The notes: generated from the letters alone by a model not told the origin. 63,875 nucleotides of DNA, filler included, from Dicyema japonicum (GCA_011109175.1; 6 parts of 6 records of this genome joined end to end with filler, not necessarily neighbours in it); one strand, 5' to 3'; shown: positions 40,051 to 52,849, numbered from the whole stretch's first letter. Translations and numbers: made by a program.

Positions 40051-41299
40051 TGTTACTGGTTAATTTTTGCAAATCTATTTTAACAGATTTTATTAAATCA
40101 AATTAAAAAAAGAACCCACAAGATTTTCACTCATCGTCCTCTAATGGATTTCTTTGTAATAAAATAGTAGGGATGATTCTTTCATTTATTTCATTGGCAC
40201 TTTCATCTTCATAATGGACGCATTTACTTCTTTTTTTTGACTNTCAAGAATAACGTTTCCATGGACCCCCCGTTCTTACTGATAAAATGACAAATTAAAA
40301 AAAGAACCCGCAAGATTTTCACTCACCATCCTCTAATGGATTTCTTTGTGGTCAAATAGTGAGGATGATTCTTTCATTTATTTCATTGGCACTTTAATCT
40401 TCATAATGGACGCATTTACTTCTTTTTTTTGACTTATAGCATTCCAAAATAATAATCCCGTCATTGCCGCGAAGCCTCTAAGTGTTTGGCTGTTCTTCAT
40501 AAACAGGCAATAGCTCTATGTTCGAGATGCATATTAGGACATGTGTGGTTGATGACTGTTTGAAACATCTTCATAAAATTATCATTTGCTTAAACTTGAA
40601 GGGCTAGTAAGGACAATTGAAATATAGAATATCGGATATAAAACAAATTTAATAATGAAGGATGTTTGAGGAACATTGTTCGGTAACAAACGAGATGTTG
40701 ATACCATACTCTTCGGCGTCGCACGGAAAGGAAATTGAACAGTCCCAGATTTACATTCGGATTAAGTCGGATGTCTTTAAAAATTTCACGACAAATCCAA
40801 AATTTGTCATAGTTAAGCGATCTGGTCTGAAGTCTTATTGGAAGGAAGATGATGGAAAATGTGAGAAATTAATCTATAGAAAAAGTTTTCTAACACTTTT
40901 TCATTGTGCATGTAAAGAAGAGTAATCCGGGAATTACAAGTAATAAGATTTATTTTTTTTATGATTTAAAAATATTTTAATTTATATTTAATCGATTTTA
41001 AATATAAATAAATAAACGTGTCTATTTGTATTGTGTCTTTTGGCACTGCACTAAGATCTCCATTTAATTAATTAAAATGGTCGAAAAAGTGCAATATTAT
41101 CTTACACTTCACGTTGCTACTATCTTAGTAGTTAGTATAGTTTACTACATTCATTTTTTACACGTTACTTTGCCGATGATACTCGATGTCTATCGGATCC
41201 CCTNGATCTCCATCTAATTAATTAAAATGGTCGAAAAAGTGCAATATTATCGTACACTTCACGTTGCTACTATCTTAGTAGTTAGTATAGCTTACTACA

Positions 41300-43430
41300 T
41301 TGAATTTTTAAACGTTATTTTGCCGATGATACTCGATATCCAGAGGAACCCCTTTAATCCACCATTTGTGATTTCTTCACTGAAAATTCTCACATATGCC
41401 CAAGAATATTGATACTCACCATTATTATTCAACTTTTCTCTGGTTGTTTTTAAGCTGCTTCATTAGTTAGATTTGGCTCTTCCAAATTTTGTACCACATG
41501 AGATACGAACCCAGAGATTATTATATTCCGTCCATTCACGTGAGAGAGTCGATTTCCTATGTTACAACCAGATACACTTCCGGGCGAGGTTAGGTCCTTT
41601 GATGAACATAGAATAGAAATATCTGGGGGGGATAAGGGGAACCGGGATAGGATATCTAGAACGGCTACTATTACCTTCTTTCTATTTGTTTAAAAAAGGT
41701 ATATCCAAATGAAATAAAAAGATGTTACATTTTCTACCACGAGAACACCTTGACACATTGCCAATATTAGAGGTATAAATTGCAAGTGCTATGTTCCTGT
41801 AGAAAATCTTGTTCATCACTAAGTAACAAGATGTGAGGCAATTTTTACAAAAATTTTGAACTTAGCAATTAAGGTTTCCGAGCAAGGAAATATTTAAATT
41901 TCTTTAAAATCGTGCTTTATTCAAAAATCCAAAAAATTTAGCGGTTAATTTGTATGAGAATTTACGAAGTTACCTCTTACAAAAATTTTCAAACTTGATG
42001 AACCTTATTGTTTTTTGTTTCTCGTGGCTTCTGAGTATATCTAGACACAAAACGCTCTTAATGATGGACAAAGGCTTATTACTTATAATTTCAGATGTCT
42101 CAACAATACTTGTAGAAAAACCTTATTCTTCTTCTACATAGTACCTTCACCATCGTTTAATGATGTTCTTATTGAACAGTGTGACACAATTTCAGTATTG
42201 TCTTAATTGTCATTTATAAAGTTCAATCAATATTGACGATACTACATTTGCCTTTAATCCATAATTTCAAACTTCACGAGTTGTCAGAGTCTACTTTCAT
42301 TTGATCATATCAGACAATGTTGTTAGAGACGTCACTGTCAAGCTCCTGATCGTATCAGACACAAGATTATAAGATCTTGTTTGAGAAAAAGTCTTCGTTC
42401 CAAATTCAATTAGAAGTCTTTGAATATTCCTAATGACGATGAAGTCAACATTTCAGTAGACGTAACCGAGGGACTAAAAAGTTAAAGATATCCGTGTCTA
42501 GCGCAAGAGGATTGATTTGAAAGTACATTGAATGTCTCCATATGTTAAAATCATCTCTATACGGGATTAGGTTTTTTTTTTAAAAAAAAGACAACTTATC
42601 TAACCACTGCAATGTTAAAGCGAGTTACATTTCCCATCCATCATGAATAATATCAATTTGAGTTATCATTAACCCAAAAGACATCAATTACCCGTTAACC
42701 ACCCAAGTATAAATTTCTAAGCGCACCAGAAAAAACAGCCATTTTAATCAAAATTTCTGGAAATTAGTCTTTGTCTCACCTATCGTCCTTAGAATGAGGA
42801 TAGTATTCTATGTATTATTCTAATTGGAATAGAAATGGTTTTAGTTTTATGAAATCGACAATAGGGACCAACAAGACTAGTCATAATTAGAGAAAGACAA
42901 AATTCAATGGTAAGTCTACGAAACTGCACAATTTCTTTTCGATATTTAATTCTAAGCTTATCTCTATGTGAATGGACGAGATGATGGAATGGAAACATTA
43001 TATACAAAATTTTTGCAGCATGGAAGAGTCGATTGCCACTCTCTCGCTTTATACATATAGCAAATTGGAGATGATACTGTCGAGATTCTTGAAATGGACT
43101 CCCAAATCGATCGTATGGAAGACGGAAAGTGTCACACCAATCATTAATTTCTTAACGTAACTCTAAAGATACGTTTTAAAATGGCCATGTCTCCTGAAGA
43201 TCCATTTATTCGGAAAGTAAGATTATATCTATAAGCCAGTCCATGATAAGAGAAGTATCCTGTGGAGGTTTATCCAAGATTCCAAGACCAATCGCACGAA
43301 GAAACTTTGTATGGGCACCTGGATCAATAAATTTATACGATAACTCATAATCTTTTCTGTGGTTCCTCGGTTAAAAAATTAAACTTAGAATTAACGGAAT
43401 CTATCGATTTGCTAAGATGAACCCATTCGG
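41300..43430 (-). pseudogene. Putative endogenous Mononegavirales-like L gene, C-terminal half
   Basis: In order on the minus strand: SPFQESR (cf. LFQNSRT), VGPY..KTK (GxxT region), YTWVVNG, TFKSILL (cf. MFQ..LL), YPIP..PP, TNGGLKGFL (MTase-like). Spacing is compatible with rhabdovirus L. Many stops. Confidence 0.45.
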
Positions 43431-43984
43431 TATATATATTCTATAATTTAGAAAATACATACAATATACTAAATGTCCTCAGTAAGGATGGTTAAGGTGG
43501 GGATTATTCATTGAAAAACTACTCAGTAAGTGTCACTTAATTGCTAGTGAAATAGAAACAATTTCAATACTAGTCAAGACTTTCCCCAACGATGAACCCG
43601 ATATAGTTTAGTTTCTTTTGAAAACTATGTGCTATGAATATAAATGCCAATTTCAAGAAACACAAGAATCGATAATGAGAGGGAGAAAAGGAAGGTTTTT
43701 TGACATTATGAGTCAGAAACACGAGAACGACAGAGAAAGCTCTTCCTATGGTCCTCGAAGTGGACCTCTAAATGACCGGGAGACGTCTTAGAGATAGAAG
43801 AATCTGGATAGATAACGGGAGCTTCCATGTTAAAGAATACAATTGGAGTATGATGTATTACAAAAAACAACTTATAATCATACAAGAAGCGTTGCAAGGG
43901 GTATCTCCCATAGAAATATCTAACTTGTTGCAAGTTAATTGTAATAATGAATACAACTATTACAAAATAGGACAAAGCTTATAA

Positions 43985-45620
43985 ACTAGGTGGAGATCGT
44001 AGTTTAGTATTATCGAAGGGAATAAACATAACAAAATGCATAAAGGAAACTGGTCTGTAAGGGCCGGGATCGTTCTTCGGTCTTCCCAATTTCAAAATTG
44101 GACGAATTTTTGATAGTTTCCATAAAGTCGGTATGGTATTTATGTTCAGCGATGTGTTGTAGATGATTGTCAATGCATTTATTGCCCATGTTTTTGTATT
44201 TTTTCTGATTTGATATTTCTTTGGATACATCTTTAGGAAGAAAATAAATCTGCGGGGCTATTTTGGATGGCTTTCTCTATTTTCGGTTGTGTGTTAATAT
44301 TTTTATAAGGAATGTGACTGATTCGGATACAATGTTTCATAAATTTATTCAGATTGAGCTGGCATTGTTCTTTGTTATCTTTGTATTCTGGGTTCTTCAG
44401 ACGCCTCAACATCTTCCACATGTTGGAAATTGATTTTTCATGGGAACAGAGATTTGCATGAGTTTCTTTTTTTGGGTGTTGTTAGTGCTTTTCGTAATAA
44501 GAATGTTTAGTGACTGATTCGATTAATGACCTCTCGTGAACGATGTATCATTCTCTTAAGTTGTTTCTTTCCATAATTATTTTCTTTGTTTTTGAGTCGT
44601 ATTTGAATTTTTAGTTTTTTATATATACATTTCTAATAAAAATACAACTTTGTCTATGGAAGAGAAATTTTCAGGGTAGAAATGTTGCAGTTTTGAATCA
44701 ACGAAATTTGTAAAACCAGTCCACTTTGCATTTTTGTAATTATAGAAATGAATAGACTTCGGTACAAAATGTGGCTCGGAGTTTAGCTACATTATCAATG
44801 AATGGTGGTCACTCCGGAGGTCATAACGGACCGTCCAATTAATGAACGGGGAAAGACGAGGCGAGCAGACGGATAAGTCAGGAGATGTCACCATATCCTT
44901 CGTGTTGTATGGTGTCCTAGTGTTCTTTTTCGGGTTGTTGGTGATTATTAAGTTTTGCATTTGGGATTATAGCTGGTTTTCTCTGTTATCAGCGGACTGG
45001 TAGCGGAACCAAGAAGTATTTCGCATTCTGGTCTCCACATAAAAGCAAGTTCTCCAGTTTGTTCAAGGTAGATAGGTAAAAGGCGAAATTTTTCTGCAGG
45101 AGCCAGGAGGAGGAACATAAACATTCGGAATTTCAATTTTTCCAATGGAAGTTATAACAGAGATTCAAATTATCTCCGTGTTCGAGTCTTCTAATAAGCT
45201 TTTGTAAGGAGAAAGGTTCTTGAGGTATTTTATTCCTTTTCTCACAAGAGTCAGTAGACCCTCTCCTTGGTCAGATGGGCGGTCGGATCTTACTGTGTTG
45301 TATCCGTTAAAAAGAGGAGTAGGAATGTTATTTGAAAACTTCATTGCCTGGAGAAGGCAGATGTCCACTCTGTTCCTCTCCAAGAATAAGGAAAGTTCGG
45401 CAATCTTTCCTCTGATCCCATTTATGTTATAGCTTTGGATTGTTAACTTCTTTGGGCGTGGATTTTGTTCCACGTCTCCTGAGGTCAACAGTCTCAATCG
45501 ATAGTATGTACAACAGTAAGAGAATGCCGTCCAGTGGGAAGTTCTCTGGTTGGTAGAGAGCAAATGGTTCTTATTAGATATCCGACGCCACCATTACGGT
45601 GAACCACAGCCGCACACTAA
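43985..45620 (-). mobile_element. I-group/Ingi-like LINE: 2A-like peptide + APE + RT N-terminus
   Basis: ORF 45165-45563 LRLLTSGDVEQNPRP then SYNINGIRGK...DICLLQ (APE). ORF 43979-44230 IYNTSLNINTIPTLWKLSKIRPILKLGRP..DPGPYRPVS (RT). Confidence 0.8.
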
Positions 45621-46639
45621 TAATAATAAAATAAAATAGTAAATTAATGTTTTTATATGTTCGCCATATTGTAAAACAATTTTTAAAATTATGAATGTAT
45701 TAAATTAATTTAAATTAGTCTCAATTTGACTTCAAATAATCATCATACACTTATTTTTGTTAGTTGAGAGTTTGACACCTTTATAATATTTTCTCTGTTT
45801 TTATCGAATTCTAAGTCTTTCTATTCTACCCTGTGGACGAGCCGATGAACTGTTAAGGAGTGCAAGTAGGAAATTTAAATAGAGAAAACTGGTAGAACGG
45901 ATTATGAAGAGTATGACACAAGCTGAATCCCAAGTATTCATATAATTATGGGATTTTTTCCTTTCATAATCGCGAGCCAAATCCTCTTAAATGTCATCGC
46001 ATCATTCTACGTCACCCTTCCGTTTCTCTATAAGCCGGTCGATTCACCTTGATAAGCTCAGACGTCCTGGGGCCTAATAACGATAAACGTCTCAGCAGTG
46101 ATCGGTTGGAAAAAGAACCAGTATACGCCGTCGTTTCACTTATATTTATTTTCGATGATAAGATTAAAGGAAATAAATATACTAATTTAATTGTAATTAA
46201 TATTTGTGTTTTCATGTATAATAATAATCTTCCTTTTTCTGCATCAATAGTTTCATCGTCGAAATCTTCAAAATAATGACGATTTCGTTCTCTTCTTCAT
46301 TTCTGTTTTAGTTATCTCTTATCATTATCAAGTTCTTCCAGTTTTTTCGGAACTAATTAAAAACAGGATCTTGGATGATATCTTCATTATCAAATTAATC
46401 AATACATTTAATTACCTTTGCACCATATTAATGGCATTCCGTAAATTCCCAAAAAATCGTTTTCCAAATAAAATCAAAAATAAACTGGAATCTCGTCACC
46501 TAAAGATCTGGCTTGCTTCTGTGTATCTATTTTCTTTGGGTTCCAGCTGAATGCTGATCAGGCTGATTCTCCAAATCCAAACAGAATCATCTGAAATCAC
46601 AGATATAGAGCATCTGAAATGGATGATGACTTGGCAGAA

Positions 46640-46815
46640 ACACCGTTACAGGACTATTTGCGAGGATAAATATGAGAGGCATCTGAATTACACAAATAAA
46701 TACAGACGTGCCTGTCTAGACACTGGAAGATGCGAATCGAGTGGTGCTTTGATCAATGCACTCCCCGTTAATAGTGTCGGGACCCAGCTTGAAGACGATA
46801 AAAGTCAATTCCACT
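46640..46815 (+). mobile_element. CRE-like fragment
   Basis: RRACL..GRCESSGALINALPVNSVGTQLEDD, homologous to SGAWLDAFPCSSLGTLLDDD at 54750-54800. Confidence 0.6.
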
Positions 46816-48299
46816 GAAATCAAATCAATTAAATAATTTTCTTAGTTAAGATGACTACTTTTTGGTCACATCTTACAAATGGATAGACTCGATTTTCTAG
46901 ATAGAACAGTATTTCGTTATATCCGGGTTTATCAAGAGAATATCCTATAATTAGTCAATTGATCGTAAGTAACAAAATCTTGTATACCATATCTTTTGTG
47001 AGGAAATTTTGGACATGAATTCTCATCTTCAATAAAGATTGTCAACTTAATTATAATGGTTAATAGACTTATACTTAAATTAATTATTAACTCAAAACTA
47101 AATACCAGAAAATGCGAATTTGAAAACTATTATGTAATTTCATATATTTAAAGTAATTTGAACCATCTCAATTCCTTCTAACAAATACACGATACATGAG
47201 ATTAATCCCGCCAAATCGGCAATCAAAATTATGGCTCCTGAAATCTTTAATTAATTTCTATCCAAATATTTTTGTATCAATATAGAATTTAAAAGTGGTA
47301 CATCACAAAAAAATCTAAACACGAAAAATAACTGGATTATAAAATTATACGAAAAACGCCAAACGAAATTTTTAATTTTGTCTAAAAACATGTTCGACAA
47401 AGTATGGAACTAAAATGGGAGACATTGACATCGGTCCCCGATTTTCGGAGTCAAAACGAAATTTTTAAACTTTTCTATAAACTTTTTCGTCGTAGTATGG
47501 TACAACACAATTATCATTTGTTTTAAACTCCCACAATTAATTATTATAAGGAAAAACGCTTATGTTTAATAATAGATGAAGAGAAAACTAGGCCGACTAC
47601 ATATTTATGTCGAACCCAACCACAAGGAAATTCCGATACGGATACTCTCGTTGTCCTACGCACGGAAGTCGATAAAAGCTTAGCCAAAAACGTTGTCATC
47701 TTTGCACACTGCCCTGTGATAGACGAGGCAGTGTCAATTAAAAAAAAAATTTAAGTTCCAGAAAGGAAAATTTCAAGAAACCCCATCCCCTCAATTTTTG
47801 ACATATATTGCTTGCGAGAACTCTGAGTCAAACTATTCAAAAAATCTGAGTTTCGGAAAAGGCCTCGTTGAATGACCAATTAATCTTATTAGATTCTATT
47901 CCTTATATTATAATTGGAAAGTTAGTTTTAAATCACAACCGTGTTATTCACAAGTTTAAGAATACTTTGAGTTGACTTTTGCTGTGAAATGGTTGTCTGC
48001 CATAGTAGTAAATTTCTATGGCTGACTTACCAGCCATAAAGGTTCATTGGCTCTGATATCCCAACCAATGATCACGTCGTTGGACATANNNNNNNNNNNN
48101 NNNNNNNNNNNNNNNNNNNNNNNNNNNNNNNNTTAATTAATTAANNNNNNNNNNNNNNNNNNNNNNNNNNNNNNNNNNNNNNNNNNNNGTCCCTTGTTCC
48201 CTCAAAAAACAAAAAATTTTATTTTGAGTCAATAAAGCGATTAAGCGAGAAAAGGGTCGAAAATAGAAAAGGTCGAAGCTCGAATATAAACACTATTCT

Positions 48300-48689
48300 G
48301 ATGGATTTAATGAAAATCAAAAGCGGAGATTACGCAGATGTCAGAAATTAAAACTGTTGAATGGATAATTATTTTTTGGATTGAATGGAAATCTTCGTAC
48401 CGTTATTTGTTCATTTCAAGAAGCTAGAATTAACTCAATTTTAGCTAAGGAACATTCTATTGGACATCCTGGTGTTTCCAAGATGTGCAATTAATTTGCG
48501 AAAAGTACATTGGCATCAATCAAAAAATTATTCGCCATTTTGTATCTACTTGTGATTCCTGCAACCATTTCAACAGTCTAAAGACTTGTGAAGATATTCA
48601 AATGATTACCGTTTCACATAAATTCGAAAGATTCATGGCTGATTGTATAGATCTTCGTAAATATTCTTCCTATAATAAAGAATATAAAT
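48300..48689 (+). mobile_element. Ginger-like integrase N-terminal part (H2C2 + first Asp), truncated by a LINE
   Basis: EHSIGHPGVSK...FVSTCDSCNHF...FERFMADCIDLRKYS..N.EYK. Confidence 0.75.
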
Positions 48690-49190
48690 TGGGAGGCAAG
48701 GGTCTCAAGGTAGCGTTGGAGATCGCCTTTCCACCATATGTGTCATCGCTCTTAAGCGGAACCCTTTTGGTCCAAGATATCCTACGTTTTCCAGCCTGAC
48801 TTTCTCGGGAAAAACCATCAACGAAGCTCGTCGCGAATGATGTGAAACTGGTTTGGATATGCCAAACGATCCTTCGAAGCAACGTGATTGGGATGAAATC
48901 TACTCCAAGAATATCTTCGACGTGCTAAAGTCTGAGGCCAACCAGTATCGTCTTGCATGCATCGTGTCCACCGCCAACTATGGGAATGGAGCATGGCTGG
49001 ATATACTCCTTTGTTACTCCCTGGTTACCCTTTTGGACAATGACTGTATTCGGATTGGGATCGCACAGCGCCTGAGATTTGATGTATACGTCAAACACCA
49101 ATGTCGTTGTGGAGGGATCGTCGATGCCGAAAGGCTTCATCCGCATTCGTGCAAAAAAAGTGCGGGCAGAGCACCCCGCCACGCTGCTAT
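48690..49190 (+). mobile_element. CRE-like internal fragment
   Basis: Colinear and highly similar to about 54455-54950; LHPHSCKKSAGRAPRHAAMN. Confidence 0.9.
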
Positions 49191-50039
49191 GAACATTTTA
49201 AATAAAAAAACGAATTAATAAAAAAACTAACCATTTATTGAGATTGGAACATCAAAGTCATAGGAGGCGATCTAAGACTAACAAACTCATTAACCTCCGA
49301 TGGTGGAATACTGTGGACAACTCATTAACCTCAGATAGTGGAATACTTTCGTCAGACTGACTAAAGACAGTATATTGTCGGCTTTGTCCAGTCTCAGCTC
49401 TACAAAGTAAAATATAACCAATAACGTTTTTCATTCTGAAGACTTGTCACTAAACTAAATCTCTGTAGTTCGACACATGAAACTCTACTTTTGTTTCATT
49501 TTGTGACTGAGATAATATCCCCTAATACCTTACTATCAATAGTTCATGGAAGAGCGAGTGAAGAGCCCATGTAAACTTTATCAAATTTCAACATATCCTA
49601 AAGTCCATTGATGAGAATATACTGGTTTGATTTTGAGAAAGGTCTGACAGGAGGTTTCACTTGTTCGAACTTCAATGTTGGGGGATGATTGGAGTGGTAT
49701 CACTAGTTCAGTCAAATTAGTGTATAGTTCCTGAATTAAACTGAGATACATAGCTATGTTATCTCGTTGGGTTTGATCATCCCACTTGTTGGAGTAACAA
49801 TCATATCAAATATTGGGGAGGGCCACTACTCTGGAAAATCCCATCTGCAATGTTCCCCAAACAAGAAACCTTTGCCTCGTATTTGAATTTAATGCTCTAT
49901 CCCTTAAATATAAGAAGAAATGTTACCTCGTTGTACACAAAATACGTTCTGAAGAGTATATTCCAATATTTGGGGTTATCGTATGAAATCAGGGGACAAC
50001 TCCAGTTGGTGAGTGATAATCTCTCTAATCAACCGTAAA

Positions 50040-52700
50040 TGGTCATTTATGCATTATTCGATTGATCTGGTATGATTACAGACTATGCTGCATGAGAATC
50101 CTCGGAGTCGTAAAGTGGAGATCAATCGAGAAGAAGGTCTTCGACTTTGCTTGAGGAAGGAAATCATTATTTTGTATTTCGTGGTGGTCGTTCTGATTAT
50201 TTACCGATAATACCTTGAGCAGCATGAACTGCACATTTTACTCCTCCTTGGGTTCTAATTGTGGTAATCAAGGATAACCAATATTATCAGTCCCCACGTC
50301 CTCCCAGGAAAGATGAGGTGGTCTCTTCAATGTCAATATTATTTTCAATTTTACTAAATTCCCTGCATTTATTCGAAATCAAGACTTTTCATGTTGTTTT
50401 TCGATAATGTCTTGATCCCATAGATAAGCTCGGTGTACTTATTATCATGCTCTTCAGAGGCCTACTTCAGTGCATCAACTTCAGGAGAATTTACCTATTC
50501 AATTTCAAAAGGAGGCTAATCGGCCGCCTTATATGATGCACTCAAAAGATGGCTTACAAAGATTTTTGATAAGTCATCTGAAACCACATTATTTGGCATA
50601 GTAGAACACCCTGGAGGGGTGGAACTATGGCGGTATCTCCACCGTGATTCAATAGAATCCTGTGATGTGCTTGGCGAACAGCGTCCTTCCATATCAAATT
50701 ATTCCCCTAAGAGCTGAAATTGTTTCCGAATTAGGGAACAAGACAAGAGTTGTCACAGTTTCACCCTCTTGAGTAAATGTATTGCAATCGCCTTTGACAC
50801 ATTTGCTATAGTTTGCAATCAAGTAGCACCCGTCTGTGTTCTCGTCATTTCATAGGCAAGATCAAACTTGGAAAGCCTTGAAACAACTCTGTCGAGTTGA
50901 AGACGTGAACTTTGATGACTACTATATGTTGTCATCAGATCTGACCTCAGGATTTCTGGCTGACGCATGAACTCATATTCGAGGTTCATGGAAGGCTTCG
51001 AACAATCAAATTATACAAGGTATTTCTCAAGATGTTGAGACCACGTCTCATCAATTTACCTGATTGTGTTGACACGTTTGAATCCAAACGTGGGATTATG
51101 ATAGGTGAGGCCATAACCAAATCTTCATTAACATTACTAAATTTAATAATAGAAGAGTTGGCGTACCTCACTTACATGAATAGAGTAGATTTACTCTGTA
51201 CAGGCAAATCTGCCCTAAAGGTCCCATGGAGATTTCTCCATATTGGCGGAGATGATCATCTCGCCAAAGGACCACTAAAATATCTTAATTTGATAACAGA
51301 AATTCACAGATTTGTTGGTTCTCAAATATCAGAAGATAAACACGGTTGGTCTAATGTAGCAGTCCGTTATTGTGAGAGATTGGTCTTTCTTGGAAACTAT
51401 GAATTCAGTTCACCAAATGGGAAAGACTACTCCCAATATTTGATCGTGGATTCAGTCAAGGTTAGGTTATTAGCTAAAGGTGAATACACCTGCTAAAGAA
51501 AAACAACTGTAACTCGGCCATGAGAAAGCGTGGCCAAATGATTAGTTGTCTCAAATGGTTACCAAAGGACGAAAGATCTTTTGCCTCTGTCAAAATAGAG
51601 TCGATACAGATCTCTTATCAAGAAAATGCATCCACTCTTACCATCTAAAATCCTAAATCCGCGATGTCTCGCGCACGTCCCGTTACCACAGGAGATTGGT
51701 GGCTTTGGTCTAGGCTTCAAATCTGAAGTCTATCTAGCTTACCTTGATAGTCCAGAACCAACTAAATGGTTACTGAATAAGGCTTTCAATGGTGAGCTAA
51801 TAACCGGTGAATTACCGGTTTTTGGACGTTTGAATTCAAACGTCTCACGGAGGGGAATCAAAAGCTTAAAATCCCTCGAGGACAGCGTCTACAATCAACT
51901 ATCCGAGAATCCTGGGATTGTTGATTGGATTACCAGGAAGGAGCTCTGTGAATTCACAGGCAGCAAATCTGGTAATGCTAGACTGACTCTTGCTCTCGCT
52001 AGAGAGAAAGGCTATATGAGTTTCCGTGATTTTGCTGAATTCAGCACACTCGGAAGTCTCTTTCAAAGGATACTCACCTCAAATGAAGAGCTTGAGAACT
52101 TGAACACCATGCCCAACGTACAATCGTACAAACACATCTGGTCTGAAATGGATCTCTTCTGGAGTTGATGTTTAATTAGCAGATATTTAGTTCTGCGAGG
52201 GAAGGAGGCGATGTTTTTGTTCAAATCGTTAGGGACCGCTACTTTTTGCCTCACATAGATCGCTATAATCAATTTACCTCTCTTTTGTCTTGCTTGCATT
52301 AAAGGATTTGTAGGATAAATTTAAAGGATCTGTTTTTAAATTAGTTGTCTTGGCATGTCGGATTACAGTTGATCCCTACCTCGGTTGTAATGAGAAGAGT
52401 TATTCTTCTCAAATAATGACAAAATGGACCAGGTTTGAATCTCTGCTTGTTTTTAGGTAGTTTAAGTTCGCAACTTCCAAGTAAGTGGAATTTGAAGCAA
52501 TCGATGACTTCCTTCAGAGAAAAGGGGTTTCTCCTTAACAAACAAAGGCCAGCACTTTCAATTGTTGATATAACGAAAATATTCCTGTTTGGAGGAAATA
52601 TAACATTCACGGAAATCTTTTTTTGTGGTTTAATGACACCATCATTCGGCGATATAAAGTTTTTGTTCTCTTCAAATCGACTCATAATTTGAGGAATTTG
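50040..52700 (+). pseudogene. Endogenous narnavirus-like (Lenarviricota) RdRp, near genome length, decayed
   Basis: TSGEFTYSISKGG*SAAL; TLFG..EHPGGVELWR; RAEIVSELGNKTRVVT; HPSVFSSFHRQDQTWKAL; motif A LSSDLTS; motif B KRGIMIGEAITK..LTL; motif C HIGGDDHLAKG; RYCE; VDSVKVRLL; LPQEIGGFGLG. Confidence 0.92.
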
Positions 52701-52849
52701 TATATTCTTTAACTAATTCCCAGCTTTTCGAAACTACCTCACGTAGCATTTTCAATTTGGATGAATTTGAATGAATTTGAATAATGACATTACAAAAAAA
52801 TTTTGAATTTATAAAATTTTTATTTAATAATGAAAATTAGGCAATAATT

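Noticed and set aside
23994-41412. Tandem duplications at 24060-24770, 28900-29310, 29760-30070, 33600-34145, 34440-34895, 39630-39960, 40100-40435 and 41055-41340
   Set aside because: Each junction carries a single n, typical of scaffolder joins of overlapping contig ends. Most likely unmerged alleles rather than real tandem repeats.
41950-51540. Alternative genetic code (TGA=Trp, TAR=Gln), suggested by some stops falling at plausible W/Q positions
   Set aside because: The same regions also contain frameshifts and deletions, TGG/CAA-to-stop changes are single transitions, and long formin exons and the 278-aa RT frame read without stops in the standard code.
50040-52700. Ambigrammatic (reverse-frame ORF) narnavirus
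   Set aside because: The RdRp frame uses many TTA/CTA/TCA codons (CTA AGA, TTA GGG, TCA CCC, TTA CTA AAT TTA), which are stops on the reverse strand. Only short minus ORFs exist.
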